Below are positions 38,203 through 50,124 of a stretch of DNA of 64,000 bases, in pieces (position 1 is the first letter of the stretch; each line of letters opens with the position of its first letter). Location of the stretch: the NCBI GenBank assembly GCA_037128175.1, contig JBAXWY010000001.1, positions 113,900 to 177,899 of the forward strand. The letters are read 5' to 3'. The position numbers and the translations under genes are program-made. The notes under the pieces are model-generated. The model did no database searches. It was given only the letters and a program-made list of their open reading frames with translations, and was not told the origin of the DNA. This stretch comes from Methanothrix sp. (GTDB lineage Archaea; Halobacteriota; Methanosarcinia; Methanotrichales; Methanotrichaceae).

Positions 38203-38700
38203 TTATCTTCCGCCTCGCTGCTGGCAGCCGGACTCACGTCCATTTCCCGCTTGGCCGCTGCCCATGCCCTGGCAGTTCTCACCCTGGCCCATCGGCCCCT
38301 GGTCGTTCATACCCATCATACCATTGCCCATCATGCCGGGGCCATTCTCGCCCATGCGGTCCTTTTTCATTTCCTTGATCTGGGCCAGAGTCATGTTGCC
38401 GAGTTTTTCCATCTGCTTTTGGCGAAGCTCGTCAATCTGAGCCATTGTCATGTTGTTCAGTTCAGCCATCTTCTGCTCTTGCAGCTCTTTGATCTGGTTT
38501 AAGGTCATGTTATCGAAATTTTCCCTTGTGGCGTCATCCACCAGGAGCATCCAGTTATGCGGTCCATCAAAACCGCCTCTCTGCAAGGAGGCATTGCATC
38601 TCTCTTTGTTGTTCGAATCCAGTCCAGCGGCCAGGGCCGGTGCCATAGAAAGGCAGACCACAGCCAGCGCCATTACGGCTAATGCAATTTTTGTTTTCAT
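38203..38700 (-). CDS. Secreted helical protein with 3x NMTxxQIxE repeats and a Met/Gly-rich tail
   Basis: Signal peptide MKTKIALAVMALAVVCLSMAPALA. Confidence 0.75.
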   Translation of the reverse strand: MKTKIALAVMALAVVCLSMAPALAAGLDSNNKERCNASLQRGGFDGPHNWMLLVDDATRENFDNMTLNQIKELQEQKMAELNNMTMAQIDELRQKQMEKLGNMTLAQIKEMKKDRMGENGPGMMGNGMMGMNDQGPMGQGENCQGMGSGQAGNGRESGCQQRGGR

Positions 38701-39055
38701 ATCTTTATACCTCGCAACTTTTTCTTCGAGAATGTCCTGCGATTGGATCGCTTGCGACATTCACTAAGCACCACCAGTGTCAGGAACGATAGAAAAGGGT
38801 GAGACCGAACGAACGGTCCTAAAAGCACTGGAATATCTAATTGAAAGCCAATAAAAGGTACGGGAACGTTTCGTTAATACTAAATTGTGCAAATACAGTT
38901 TTGTTTCAATGATTTAATCTTAAAAATCAATATTTTCAAGATTCAGCTCTGATTAGGCCAGAATGCAGATATGGCAATGTCCCTCTCACCAGGAGGCCCG
39001 ACCGGCAGAGCACCGGTCGAGCCGCGCCTTGATAAAAGTTAAAAGAGGGAGGACC

Positions 39056-40695
<1,640 letters not shown>

Positions 40696-40828
40696 TTAAG
40701 ACAGAAACCTAATTGATAAGCATATTTAGGATAAAGTATGCGCAGTTCATAATAAGTATGAAAAGATCTTAAGCTAGGATTCATATTAATAATGATTATA
40801 GATTAATTGTGAACGGCTTTTTGCATTC

Positions 40829-42841
40829 TCAATTCACAGAGCCCGGAGACTCGCGGGCAAGCTTTTGCTTTCTCTTCTCTTCCTTCTTTCTCTCCACCTT
40901 GTACTCCTGGAAGATGCCCTCCAGCCGCTCCTCATGCTGCCTGGCCAGGCGTGCTTTCATCTCTTCTTCCCAGGCAACGCTGGCCGCAGCCACGTCCTCC
41001 GGTCGCACGAAGGGCATTTTATTGATCCTCTGCACCGGCACATTTTTGCGGGAGAAGACGGGAATGCATAGCTCCTGGAAGTGCTCACGCAAGGCAGGGC
41101 GCAACTCGCCCTCCACCACCACTCCGGCGATTTCCTTTTCCCGCAAAAGCTCAACCGTGCTCCTCCCGCCGCCGCTGGCATCCTCCAGAAAAAGCCAGTC
41201 CCCCTTTTCCAGGCAATATTGCTCCATAGCCAGCAAAATAGACTCGCGGGTAAAGGCCGCTAGAGGCTTGAGCTTTTGCAGGCCGCGTGTATCTTCAATT
41301 ATCTCTGCCTTCTTCTGACGCTCCAATGTCTTCTTCAGTTTCTTGATGTGTTTTCTCTCCGAACGGAGCACCGATCTCAGGCGCTCGATCTCCTTGTCTC
41401 GGATCTTGATCTCATGCTGCCGCTTGATCTCACGAGCCGTTTTGTCCCGCAGGCGATCCAGCTTGCCGTTTACTACCCTCAGGGCGACCTCTTTTTCCGC
41501 CAGCCCGTCCCGCAGCTCATCCAGGTAAGAACGCAGCGTTCTGACCTGCTCGGCAAGCTGCTGGTTTTGCTGGCGTAGTGCTGTGACATTCGGAGAGACA
41601 TCAAGCGATGCATCAAGAACGGCTTTCGCCGCAACCGGCTCTGCCTTTTGCCCCACGGGGGCAGCGGAAGACGGCACAAATTCGGCGATGGCGTTTTCAA
41701 TGGAATAGCCACGCACCACCAGGGCCTTCACCTCGTCGGGATCGATCTCGGAGGGAGACTTCTTTTCCACCTGCAAGAATTTATTCCGATATTTTTTAAA
41801 AGCGCTCAATGCCGCCGCCAGAGCATCGCGCTCATGATCGTTCTTGTAGCCAAACTCCTTTCCCAGAGCGATCTTCTCTTCCGCAGGAATGTCCCCGCCC
41901 GGAGAATAGAGAACGGCATTAAAAGCGCGCTTGACCTTCTCCACGCTGCCCGGCGTTGGATAGACATCTGTGGCGACTACCAGCGATCTGCCCCGCGCCG
42001 CGATCCATTCAATCACATCAGAGGAGGACAAGCCCCGGGAGCTGATCAGGTCCACCAGCTCGCCGGACAGGTTCAGCGCGGCAATGCCCGTTGTCGTTCC
42101 CGGGTCCAGGCCCACGATGATGTACCCGCGCCCCTGCGAAAGCGGTTTGTACTGCAGCTCGGGCCGCTCCATGCTCTGCACCAAGAGCTGTGCATCGCTG
42201 TAGTAGCCGGGACGGATGTGCACCTTCTCGCGGGAAGCTTCCACCACAAACTCGGCCCTGGTATAGCCGCCCAGGCCCTCAACGGCCCGTGTGGTGTACG
42301 CCAGCCCTGCTTCGCGAAGCTGTCGCTCTACCTCGCGCGCCAGGCTCATCACTGCGCCGTGAATCTTGCGCGTGTAGCGGTTCTGGCTCCAGCCGCCCCG
42401 GCCTAAAGAGCGCCTCCGGCTCACCTTGATCCAGGTCCTCTCCTGGAAAGCGGATAGAACAGCCCCGACGCCCTTGGCCGCCAGCCGGGCGCAGGCCTCC
42501 GCTTCTTGCAGCGGCTTGGTGCGGTCGAAGGTGATGCCGTGGTAGCGGGCCAGCTTGACCAGAGACTCCGGGTGGGCGGCGCCCGTCACCTGCACCATTC
42601 TGGTGGTGGGAGGCATCCTGCGCAAGATATTGATCAGCTCCCTTCGATCCCTGGCCAGCTCGTGGAGGTTGTCCATGGCCACGATCTCCGGCTGGCGCTC
42701 CCTGATGAGCCGGATCAGCTTATGCCGGCTGATCATGTGAAAGAGCGCGACGTCTCTCCCATCCAGCATCACCAGAGAGTAGCTTGGCGCCCTTCTGCCG
42801 GACGGCGAGCCGCTGGCGATGTCCACACCAAATATGCTCAA
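40829..42841 (-). CDS. DUF460 protein (RNase H-like/YqgF-type domains + coiled coil)
   Basis: GVDIASG, GGWSQNRY, VGLDPGTTTG, HERDALAAA. Confidence 0.88.
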   Translation of the reverse strand: MSIFGVDIASGSPSGRRAPSYSLVMLDGRDVALFHMISRHKLIRLIRERQPEIVAMDNLHELARDRRELINILRRMPPTTRMVQVTGAAHPESLVKLARYHGITFDRTKPLQEAEACARLAAKGVGAVLSAFQERTWIKVSRRRSLGRGGWSQNRYTRKIHGAVMSLAREVERQLREAGLAYTTRAVEGLGGYTRAEFVVEASREKVHIRPGYYSDAQLLVQSMERPELQYKPLSQGRGYIIVGLDPGTTTGIAALNLSGELVDLISSRGLSSSDVIEWIAARGRSLVVATDVYPTPGSVEKVKRAFNAVLYSPGGDIPAEEKIALGKEFGYKNDHERDALAAALSAFKKYRNKFLQVEKKSPSEIDPDEVKALVVRGYSIENAIAEFVPSSAAPVGQKAEPVAAKAVLDASLDVSPNVTALRQQNQQLAEQVRTLRSYLDELRDGLAEKEVALRVVNGKLDRLRDKTAREIKRQHEIKIRDKEIERLRSVLRSERKHIKKLKKTLERQKKAEIIEDTRGLQKLKPLAAFTRESILLAMEQYCLEKGDWLFLEDASGGGRSTVELLREKEIAGVVVEGELRPALREHFQELCIPVFSRKNVPVQRINKMPFVRPEDVAAASVAWEEEMKARLARQHEERLEGIFQEYKVERKKEEKRKQKLARESPGSVN

Positions 42842-43725
42842 TGGTTCTCTGCCTCCCGGACACGCGAGAGCGCCCTATCCAGTGGCATTTCTATCCGGTA
42901 TTTTCGCTCGAAGAAGCGCAAGACATTGACCAGGTCTCTCTCCAATAGCTCCTGGGCATGGGGATGAGTGACCTCTACTGCCTGAGGCCAGTCGATGATC
43001 TTGGGGCCGGACTCGTCCACCATTACGTTAAACTCGGAAAGGTCGGCGTGAATGATGCCCAGTCTCCGGGCCTTTCCTACCTCGCCTAAGATCATGTTCA
43101 GTCCGTTCTCGGGGTCGGAGAGCGTGATACGGTTGAGGGCGGGGCCGCTCACAAATTCCATGGCCAGAACATGACGACTGCATGCGACGGGCCTTGGAAT
43201 GGATACGATTGGGTAGAGCTTCTCCATGATGGCAAACTCGTGGCGAGCTGCCAGGGCGGCAGCATAAATCCAGGGCACTTTGGCCTGGTCGGTGAGATGA
43301 TCGCGCAGGCGGCGAATATGCTTGAAGCTGGTCCTTCCCTGGCGGTGGAACTTGATGGCCAGGTGATTCTCTCGACTCTCTCGATTCTCTCCCAGAGCTT
43401 CGTATACCACCGACTCTTTGCCTACCCCGATTCTCTCACCAAAGGCTTTCACGCTCCCTCGTTTCACTAAATCGGAGAGTGCCAGAAGATCATAGGCATC
43501 AAAGTCAATGCGGTAGCCGAGGTAGTGCATGCTCTCCTGCTCTACCAGTTTCTTTTCAAAAAGTTGGCCCAGCCGAAACTCCACCTTGCGGACCGGCAGG
43601 CCGGATATCTCTGAGATCACGTAGGATGGGACCCATTCGTGGGTCTTCATCCCGGTCTCAATAGCACTGAGCAGGGAGCGGTCTTCCTTGCTCAGGCCCA
43701 ATAATGCTTCAGCTAGATTTTCCAC
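42838..43725 (-). CDS. rio2: RIO2-type Ser/Thr kinase
   Basis: N-terminal wHTH; IGVGKES, KFHR-GRTSF, HADLSEFN, IDWPQ. Confidence 0.9.
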   Translation of the reverse strand: MENLAEALLGLSKEDRSLLSAIETGMKTHEWVPSYVISEISGLPVRKVEFRLGQLFEKKLVEQESMHYLGYRIDFDAYDLLALSDLVKRGSVKAFGERIGVGKESVVYEALGENRESRENHLAIKFHRQGRTSFKHIRRLRDHLTDQAKVPWIYAAALAARHEFAIMEKLYPIVSIPRPVACSRHVLAMEFVSGPALNRITLSDPENGLNMILGEVGKARRLGIIHADLSEFNVMVDESGPKIIDWPQAVEVTHPHAQELLERDLVNVLRFFERKYRIEMPLDRALSRVREAENH

Positions 43726-43750
43726 AGATACTATTATGTGATTATTTTAG

Positions 43751-44920
43751 CTAAAGCTTTGCCCCCAGAGTCTGCATCACATAATCAGCAAACTTTGCAC
43801 CTGTTGCCCCATCGGCTCGCCCGGTAAGGACAACCTTCCTCTCCAACTGGCCGCAGACGTCCAGTGCATTCTCCAATTTGGCCGCCTGATTCACAAAGCC
43901 GATGTGGCGCAGCAGCATGACACAGGCGCGCATCATGCTGGCCGGATCGGCATAGAAAGCTCTGCCTTCCTCTACCATGCGCGGAGCCGAGCCGTGGATG
44001 GCCTCGAACATGGCATAGCGTTTTCCGATGTTGGCGCTTCCCGCTGTGCCCACGCCTCCCTGAAACTCGGCTGCTTCGTCGGTGAGGATGTCTCCGTAGA
44101 GGTTGGGCAGCACTATGACCTTGAAGTCCTTTCTGCGCTTCTCGTCCACCAGCTTGGCAGCCATGATGTCCACAAACCAGTCATCGAAGGCGATGTCCGG
44201 GTATTCCTTAGCCACACGCTTGGCCGTCTCCAGGAATTTGCCGTCCGTGGCTTTGATGACATTGGCCTTGGTGACCGCCGAGACCCTTTTAATGCCGTTC
44301 TTCCTGGCATACTCAAAGGCCAGGCGCACAATCCTTTCCACTCCTGGTGTGGTTATGACCTTGAAGTCCACGGCCAGGTCGTCGGTTACATTGATGCCCT
44401 TGCTGCCCAGGACGTACTCGCCCTCGGTGTTCTCCCTGTAAAAGATCCAGTCGATGCCCTTCTCCGGCACTTTAACGGGCCGAACGTTGGCGAAGAGGTC
44501 CAGCTCGCGACGCATGGAGACATTGGCGCTCTCCAGGTTGGGCCATTTGTCACCCTTCTTGGGGGTGGTGAGGGGGCCCTTCAAGATCACGTGGCACTCT
44601 TTTAGCGCGGCCAGAACATCCGCTGGCAAGGCTTTCATGACCTTGACCCGCGACTCGATGTCCAGACCGGGAATGTCTCGCAGCACCACCTTCCCTTCTG
44701 CAATCTCATCGGCCAGCACGTAGCTTAAGACTCGCACGGCCTGCTCTGTGATGTAGGGGCCGATGCCGTCGCCGCCCACCACGCCGATGATGAGGGGGTG
44801 GAGTTTGCTGTAGTCAACCCAAGTATCTCCCGCCTTTATCTGCTCAACGCGCAAAAGCTGCTCCACCAGCAGCTTGGCGAAGTGCTCCTTCGCCTTTTCT
44901 ATGGCCTCGGTATGAATCAT
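43751..44920 (-). CDS. Isocitrate/isopropylmalate dehydrogenase family enzyme (probable isocitrate dehydrogenase)
   Basis: GDGIGP, KGPLTTP, SANV-MR, RENTEGEY, NLYGDILTD, EAIHGSAP. Confidence 0.85.
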   Translation of the reverse strand: MIHTEAIEKAKEHFAKLLVEQLLRVEQIKAGDTWVDYSKLHPLIIGVVGGDGIGPYITEQAVRVLSYVLADEIAEGKVVLRDIPGLDIESRVKVMKALPADVLAALKECHVILKGPLTTPKKGDKWPNLESANVSMRRELDLFANVRPVKVPEKGIDWIFYRENTEGEYVLGSKGINVTDDLAVDFKVITTPGVERIVRLAFEYARKNGIKRVSAVTKANVIKATDGKFLETAKRVAKEYPDIAFDDWFVDIMAAKLVDEKRRKDFKVIVLPNLYGDILTDEAAEFQGGVGTAGSANIGKRYAMFEAIHGSAPRMVEEGRAFYADPASMMRACVMLLRHIGFVNQAAKLENALDVCGQLERKVVLTGRADGATGAKFADYVMQTLGAKL

Positions 44921-45080
44921 GCTTCGCACCTATTCTTCAGAGGAGGTGTCGGTTCTGGAAGATCAATCTTTTGCAGAATCGAAGGCTTTCGCCCCGCTCA
45001 CAGTGACTATTCGGCACTTCGCCAGGTTTCGGAGGCTAACCTCTGGTTACTATGGTTTTCCCGTTAACTTCGCAATACGA

Positions 45081-45108
45081 TCACCACAAAGTCACAAAGG
45101 CACAAAGA
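45081..45108 (+). repeat. Octamer-periodic repeat (cacaaagN x3)
   Basis: tcaccacaaagtcacaaaggcacaaag. Confidence 0.55.
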
Positions 45109-45173
45109 CGACGTAATAATATTTGACTTGGTAAGAAAATAATTTTCATGTGATCGTAATTCATAATGGGTTT

Positions 45174-45290
45174 CCACTGGTTATTACCAAATGGTTACGA
45201 ACTACTACCACAGAGACACAGAGCGCACGGAGGACTCACAGAGAATTGCGCGACGTAGCCGTCTTTTCTATGGAATTCGTCCCCACTCGT
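45174..45290 (+). repeat. Intergenic repeat (CACAGAG-type), inverted copy at 63545-63646
   Basis: ccactggttattaccaaatgg...accacagagacacagagcgcacggaggactcacagag matches the reverse complement of 63574-63646. Confidence 0.8.
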
Positions 45291-45431
45291 GCAGAGTGCT
45301 TGCGAATAAAAGGTCGCGCGTGGGCTTGTGGGTGGGAGCGTGCACGCGGGCTGCCGGGCGAGGACCGCGATGGGGGACGGATCGAGGCGATTCGGGGACG
45401 AAGAGGCACAGGCAGAATGCGAAACTTTTTT

Positions 45432-45923
45432 TCAGTCTTTCCCAAGACCATCAATCGCCTCTTTCAGCTTCCCGTAAGTGGCCTGCAGCGCCTCCGATAT
45501 CACTCTGGTGTCGGATAGCACGGGCATGAAATTGGTGTCTCCATTCCAGCGAGGCACGATATGCAGATGAATGTGATCGGCAATGCCCGCTCCCCCCACC
45601 AGGCCCATGTTGATGCCCAGGTTAAAGCCGTCCGGATGCATGGTCTTCTTGAGCAGATCAACGCACAGATCGGCAAGCTGCATCATCTCCTGCTGCTCTT
45701 CCGGGGCCCAGGCGGCGAGAGTAGACGTGTGCCGGTAGGGAACGACCATCATATGGCCGTTGTTGTAGGGAAACGCATTGAGGATGATGAAGTGATACAA
45801 GCCTCGGTAAAGGATGTAGTTGTCTATGTCCCGGCTCTCCTTCGGCTTGTCGCAGAATATGCAGCCTTCCGGCTTCTTGCTCAAAATGTAATCGATTCTC
45901 CAGGGCGCCCATAAATTTTCCAT
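45432..45923 (-). CDS. HIT-family nucleotide hydrolase (Fhit/Ap4A-type)
   Basis: LWAPWR, CIFC, NAFPYNNGH, HIHLHIVPRW-GD-NF. Confidence 0.92.
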   Translation of the reverse strand: MENLWAPWRIDYILSKKPEGCIFCDKPKESRDIDNYILYRGLYHFIILNAFPYNNGHMMVVPYRHTSTLAAWAPEEQQEMMQLADLCVDLLKKTMHPDGFNLGINMGLVGGAGIADHIHLHIVPRWNGDTNFMPVLSDTRVISEALQATYGKLKEAIDGLGKD

Positions 45924-45924
45924 G

Positions 45925-46545
45925 TTATTTCTCCTCTCTTTGCCAGACCAGCTTTCTTCCCAGTATCTCTGGCCTTCTCTCTATAAACATCTTTATCGCC
46001 CTGGGGTAGGCTTTGTACTCCGCCCTCTGAATTCTGGCCTTGAGGCTATCGTGGGTATCGTCCTCCAAAACGGGCACAGGCCTCTGGTAGACAATGGGGC
46101 CGTGGTCTACATCCTCATCTACGATATGAACGGTAGTTCCCGTCCATTTTACACCGTACTCCAGAGCCTGAGAGAAGGCATCCATGCCCCGAAATGAGGG
46201 CAGAAGAGCGGGATGAATATTCAGGATCCGATCCTTGTAATGGCGAACGAATAGGGGGGACAAAATTCTCATGTATCCTGTGAGGATCACCAACTCTGCG
46301 CCCTCTGCCTCCAGTCGGTCGATTAACTTTTGATCGTACTCCTCCCGACGCTGGTTAGATGGATCGATAAAATGGCAGGGAACGGAAAACTCCTTGGCGA
46401 TCTTGAGGGCTCCCGCATCCGGCTGATCGGTGAGGACGATTTCTACATGGGCGGGCAGACGACCGCTACGCTCTTCTTGCAAAATGTAGCGCAAATTCTC
46501 TCCCCGGCCCGAGGATATGACGCCTAAAGCGGTTGATGGATTCAA
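45925..46545 (-). CDS. purN: Phosphoribosylglycinamide formyltransferase
   Basis: SGRGENL, GYMRIL, NIHPALLP, GTTVH-V---D-GPI. Confidence 0.95.
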   Translation of the reverse strand: MNPSTALGVISSGRGENLRYILQEERSGRLPAHVEIVLTDQPDAGALKIAKEFSVPCHFIDPSNQRREEYDQKLIDRLEAEGAELVILTGYMRILSPLFVRHYKDRILNIHPALLPSFRGMDAFSQALEYGVKWTGTTVHIVDEDVDHGPIVYQRPVPVLEDDTHDSLKARIQRAEYKAYPRAIKMFIERRPEILGRKLVWQREEK

Positions 46546-47114
46546 AGGTATCGGCCTCGCGCCTTGATCTCCTTGACCCTCTGCAAAACCGCATCTGCCT
46601 GAGGGTAGGTCCGCGTGTATCCGGCCACAAAAGCTTCCATCAGCTCCTCCGGTTGGTCGTGCGTGCTCTCCAGGGTCTGAAAGTATACGTGCACATCCAC
46701 TCCCTGCGCTTCCACGGTTTTTTCGTAAAATGACAGGCCGAAGTCGATGAGACAGATCTTGCCGCGAGTGAGTATCATATTGGAGGTGGTCAGGTCTCCA
46801 TGCACAATTCCGCCCTGGTGCAGCTTTCCCACCGTCTCCCCCACCATCTCGGAGAGCTCAATGTTGATGATATCCTTGAGCTTCTCGCCTACTATCATCT
46901 CCATTATGAGCTCAAAGCGAGATACATCACAAATGATGGGCGTGAGAACCCCGTGCCTGCGGGCTTCGGACATGATCCTGGCTTCTCGCAATGTCCTATC
47001 CTGCCGAATACGCTCATCGAGTGCCGGCTGCCGGTAGCCCTTGGCATGCCGCTCCTTCTTTACGACTCCGTCCTCAAGAGTGATGACAGCTTCTGCCCCT
47101 CTGCCTATCTCCAT
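46542..47114 (-). CDS. bud32: KEOPS kinase Bud32, stand-alone
   Basis: GAEA, K-YR, HGDLTTSN, IDFGL, VDVHV, IKARGRY. Confidence 0.93.
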   Translation of the reverse strand: MEIGRGAEAVITLEDGVVKKERHAKGYRQPALDERIRQDRTLREARIMSEARRHGVLTPIICDVSRFELIMEMIVGEKLKDIINIELSEMVGETVGKLHQGGIVHGDLTTSNMILTRGKICLIDFGLSFYEKTVEAQGVDVHVYFQTLESTHDQPEELMEAFVAGYTRTYPQADAVLQRVKEIKARGRYL

Positions 47115-48142
47115 AAACCCTCTTTTTGTTTCCAGGCCTTGACCAGGCCGATACAGCCCGTGATCATCATATCCCCGCCGGGAGACGCTGGCAGCGCGCC
47201 CGGCAACGCTCCGCTGGAGAGAAACGTCTGCCTGCGTGGTCCGGTGACGAGCGTCGTGCCCACTTTATCGGGAACACTATCGATATAGGCCCCATGGCCT
47301 CCATCATCGAAGACCTCGCTGCTTTTTAATGTTCCGTTGCACAGCTTTTCTGTAAACTCTCGCAGCTTTTCCGGGGAAAGCTCCGAGGTGTGGTGCTCGA
47401 AGAAGGCAGTGATCCGGTCCTCGGCCAGCAGGGCGGCCACCGTATGGCCGTTTCCGAAATTGATGATAAGCGCGGGCGACGCGTCCGGCAAATCGAGAGC
47501 TGCCCCAAAGATCGCCGCCGGGCCGGTGTCCATGAGAAGCGGCTGTATCCCTGCACCCACCAGGGCACTCTTTACGGCCAGCATCCTGGTCATGGCCGCC
47601 GGAGGCTGCCGGTAGGCGAAAGCCTCCAGCCTCCCGCCGGAGCGGATCGCAGCAGCCAGATGCTCAATTCGAACCAGACGGTTTGATCGCTCTGGGGAAA
47701 AGCCGTGATCCTGCACGGCCACGGCCATATCAGCGGGCAGAGCAATGTCGAAGATCTGCAAGGCATGGGCCAGTGCGGCAACGTCTATGTCACCGGTCTC
47801 TATGACCTGCGTACCCTCGGGCGCCTCCTCTAGAATCGTTACACCTAAGGCCGCCACGCGCTCCAGATTATCATTCATGGTTGCTGCCGCCGACGGTGTG
47901 GCATAAACTTGCAGTCCCGCGGCCAGATGCCATCTTACTGCCGCAGTAGAGGCTCCGCCCCCCATGGTCGGGCCGCGCAGGAAGACATCCTTGCCAGCCA
48001 GACGGGCTCTGTTTATCCTGTTTCCCACCAGCACGGTTTGGCTGGGCAAAACCATCTTGGTCGAGCCTTCCAGAGACACATCCTCCGAATAGAGCAGAAT
48101 GTCCTGGGTGCCTGCCCCCACATCAATTGCCAAAAGCGACAT
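47105..48142 (-). CDS. DUF1786 family protein (ASKHA-like fold)
   Basis: DVGAGTQDIL, AVQDHG, SNR, GNGHT, FEHHT, DGGHG. Confidence 0.85.
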   Translation of the reverse strand: MSLLAIDVGAGTQDILLYSEDVSLEGSTKMVLPSQTVLVGNRINRARLAGKDVFLRGPTMGGGASTAAVRWHLAAGLQVYATPSAAATMNDNLERVAALGVTILEEAPEGTQVIETGDIDVAALAHALQIFDIALPADMAVAVQDHGFSPERSNRLVRIEHLAAAIRSGGRLEAFAYRQPPAAMTRMLAVKSALVGAGIQPLLMDTGPAAIFGAALDLPDASPALIINFGNGHTVAALLAEDRITAFFEHHTSELSPEKLREFTEKLCNGTLKSSEVFDDGGHGAYIDSVPDKVGTTLVTGPRRQTFLSSGALPGALPASPGGDMMITGCIGLVKAWKQKEGLWR

Positions 48143-48174
48143 AGATCTTTATCCTAGACCATTAAGGATATAGC

Positions 48175-48648
48175 ATGATCATAGATGTAGTGGTCGCGAG
48201 CACATCCCGCTTTCAAAAGTTTGGGTCGGTGAAGAGTCCGGAGGAAGCGGAGGATCTATCCGGCAAGGTGATCTTGGAGAAAATTAAAGCGGCAGGACAT
48301 ACTGCCCGCTATGCTCTTTTGCCGGACGGCTTTGTGCTGCGGGAGGCCGTGGAAAAAAGCTATGCAGATGCCATTGTCATCTGTGGTGGCACCGGGCTTA
48401 CTCATCTGGACTTAACCCTGGAAGCCATTGAACCGCTCTTTGAAAAGACACTTCCCGGCTTTGGCGAGATCTTCCGCTACAAAAGCCTGGATGAAGTAGG
48501 CTCTCGCGCCATGCTCACAAGGGCAGCGGCGGGAATTTATCATGGCAGACCGGTCTTCTGTTTGCCAGGATCGCCGGGCGCAGCGCGATTGGGCATACAG
48601 CTCATCCTGGCAGAAATAGAGCATATTCTTGGGCACATAAGAGAATAA
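48175..48648 (+). CDS. moaB: Molybdopterin adenylyltransferase MoaB/MogA family
   Basis: D-SG, GGTG---D-T-EA, PGFGE-FR, LPGSP. Confidence 0.88.
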   Translation: MIIDVVVASTSRFQKFGSVKSPEEAEDLSGKVILEKIKAAGHTARYALLPDGFVLREAVEKSYADAIVICGGTGLTHLDLTLEAIEPLFEKTLPGFGEIFRYKSLDEVGSRAMLTRAAAGIYHGRPVFCLPGSPGAARLGIQLILAEIEHILGHIRE

Positions 48649-48756
48649 AATTAAAAAAATAATGTTAATCTTTTTAATTCCTATTGGGCCGCAGTAGCCT
48701 TTTATATCATTAGCACTCTGATAAGGATATAGAGCTATTGGGGAGAAGATTGGCCA

Positions 48757-49311
48757 ATGGAGACAGAAATACCAGTGCGAGATATCATGACCAGGCCGGT
48801 GATCACAGCCGATGCCGAGCTGGACATTTTAAGCGCTGCTAAAAAGATGGGCTCGGCCAACGTGGGCTGTCTGATAATAGTATCTGGCGACAAGCCCACC
48901 GGCATTCTGACGGAAAGGGATCTGGTAAAGAAGGTCTTAGCCCTGGGAATCGATCCCAGGACTTTAAAGGTGGCCGAGATCATGAGCGCTCCCGTTGTTT
49001 CCATTGAACCCGATGCCAGCCTGCGTGAAGCTGCAGCCTTGATGCTTCGCTCTGGAGTAAAGCGTCTGCCCGTGATATTCCAAGGAAAGCTCGTGGGTAT
49101 AATTACCGATACGGATCTTGTCTCTGGTTCCTCCCTCGGTTTGAATGAGATTTTAAGCGATCTATTGGAGATGCACAAAGAGAGCATCCATTTAGAACAG
49201 CCCCGAGGGGTGGTGCGCGGAATCTGTGAGGTTTGCAGCCAGCTCTCAGATACCCTGGAGAGCGTGAATGGAGAGTTGCTCTGCTGGAGTTGCAGAGACG
49301 GAAAAAGGTAA
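48757..49311 (+). CDS. CBS pair + C-terminal zinc ribbon protein
   Basis: Two CBS repeats; CEVC...CWSC. Confidence 0.9.
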   Translation: METEIPVRDIMTRPVITADAELDILSAAKKMGSANVGCLIIVSGDKPTGILTERDLVKKVLALGIDPRTLKVAEIMSAPVVSIEPDASLREAAALMLRSGVKRLPVIFQGKLVGIITDTDLVSGSSLGLNEILSDLLEMHKESIHLEQPRGVVRGICEVCSQLSDTLESVNGELLCWSCRDGKR

Positions 49312-49347
49312 GAAATATCATTATTGCTGGACAGCAGGGGAATAACA

Positions 49348-50124
49348 ATGTTAGTAGATGATATTTTGTCCAGAGATCCTCTATACGTCGAGGATTCCAC
49401 TTTTCTGACCAAAGCACGTCAGATGATCCGAGACAACCATGTGCGCGGATTGCCGGTTGTGAATAGCAAAGGCATTGTCTTAGGAATCGTAACCAACCAG
49501 GATATGCTGCGTGTGACCTCGACCAAGTCGAATGTGACGGTATCGGGCTATGTGGTGCAGGTCCCTACAGTGACGGGGCAGATGGATATTCTTGATGCCG
49601 CCCGCCTCATGCAGAAGGAAAAGATAACTTTGCTTCCTGTAGTCGAGTCTGAGGAGAAGCCTAAGCTATTGGGGGTTGTTAGCCTCTTGGATGTGTTTAT
49701 AAACATCGATTTGGAGAAGGCGCCGAGGAAGCCGGTATCTGAGATTATGACCAGCAAAGTAGTAACCACCCGCCCTGATGATCCCGTAACCAAGATTTGG
49801 GATCTGATGGTCGAGAAGGACTACACCGGCCTTCCGGTGGTCAAGGACGGCAAGCTCATAGGAATGATCACCAGATTTGATCTGCTCAAAGGCACAGCTC
49901 GGATCGGCAAAGAAGGTGAGAGAAGGTCGGCGGACTCGATGCAGATGCCTGTAGAGAAATTTATGAGTTCACCATTGTATAGCGTAAAGCCGGAAGATAG
50001 CGTGCGAACCACCATCGAGCTGATGCTCAAGCATAATGTAGGCAGGATGTCCGTGGTGGACGGCGTAGAGCTCGTGGGAATTGTGGATAGAAACGATTTG
50101 ATCAAAAGCTACCTTGGTGAGTGA
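49348..50124 (+). CDS. Four-CBS-domain protein
   Basis: Repeated (G)LPVV...GI(V/I)T..D. Confidence 0.9.
   Translation: MLVDDILSRDPLYVEDSTFLTKARQMIRDNHVRGLPVVNSKGIVLGIVTNQDMLRVTSTKSNVTVSGYVVQVPTVTGQMDILDAARLMQKEKITLLPVVESEEKPKLLGVVSLLDVFINIDLEKAPRKPVSEIMTSKVVTTRPDDPVTKIWDLMVEKDYTGLPVVKDGKLIGMITRFDLLKGTARIGKEGERRSADSMQMPVEKFMSSPLYSVKPEDSVRTTIELMLKHNVGRMSVVDGVELVGIVDRNDLIKSYLGE

Noticed and set aside
45150-45529. ORFs across the 45150-45430 intergenic region
   Set aside because: Composed of repeat-element sequence and overlapping the HIT gene end; low-complexity translation
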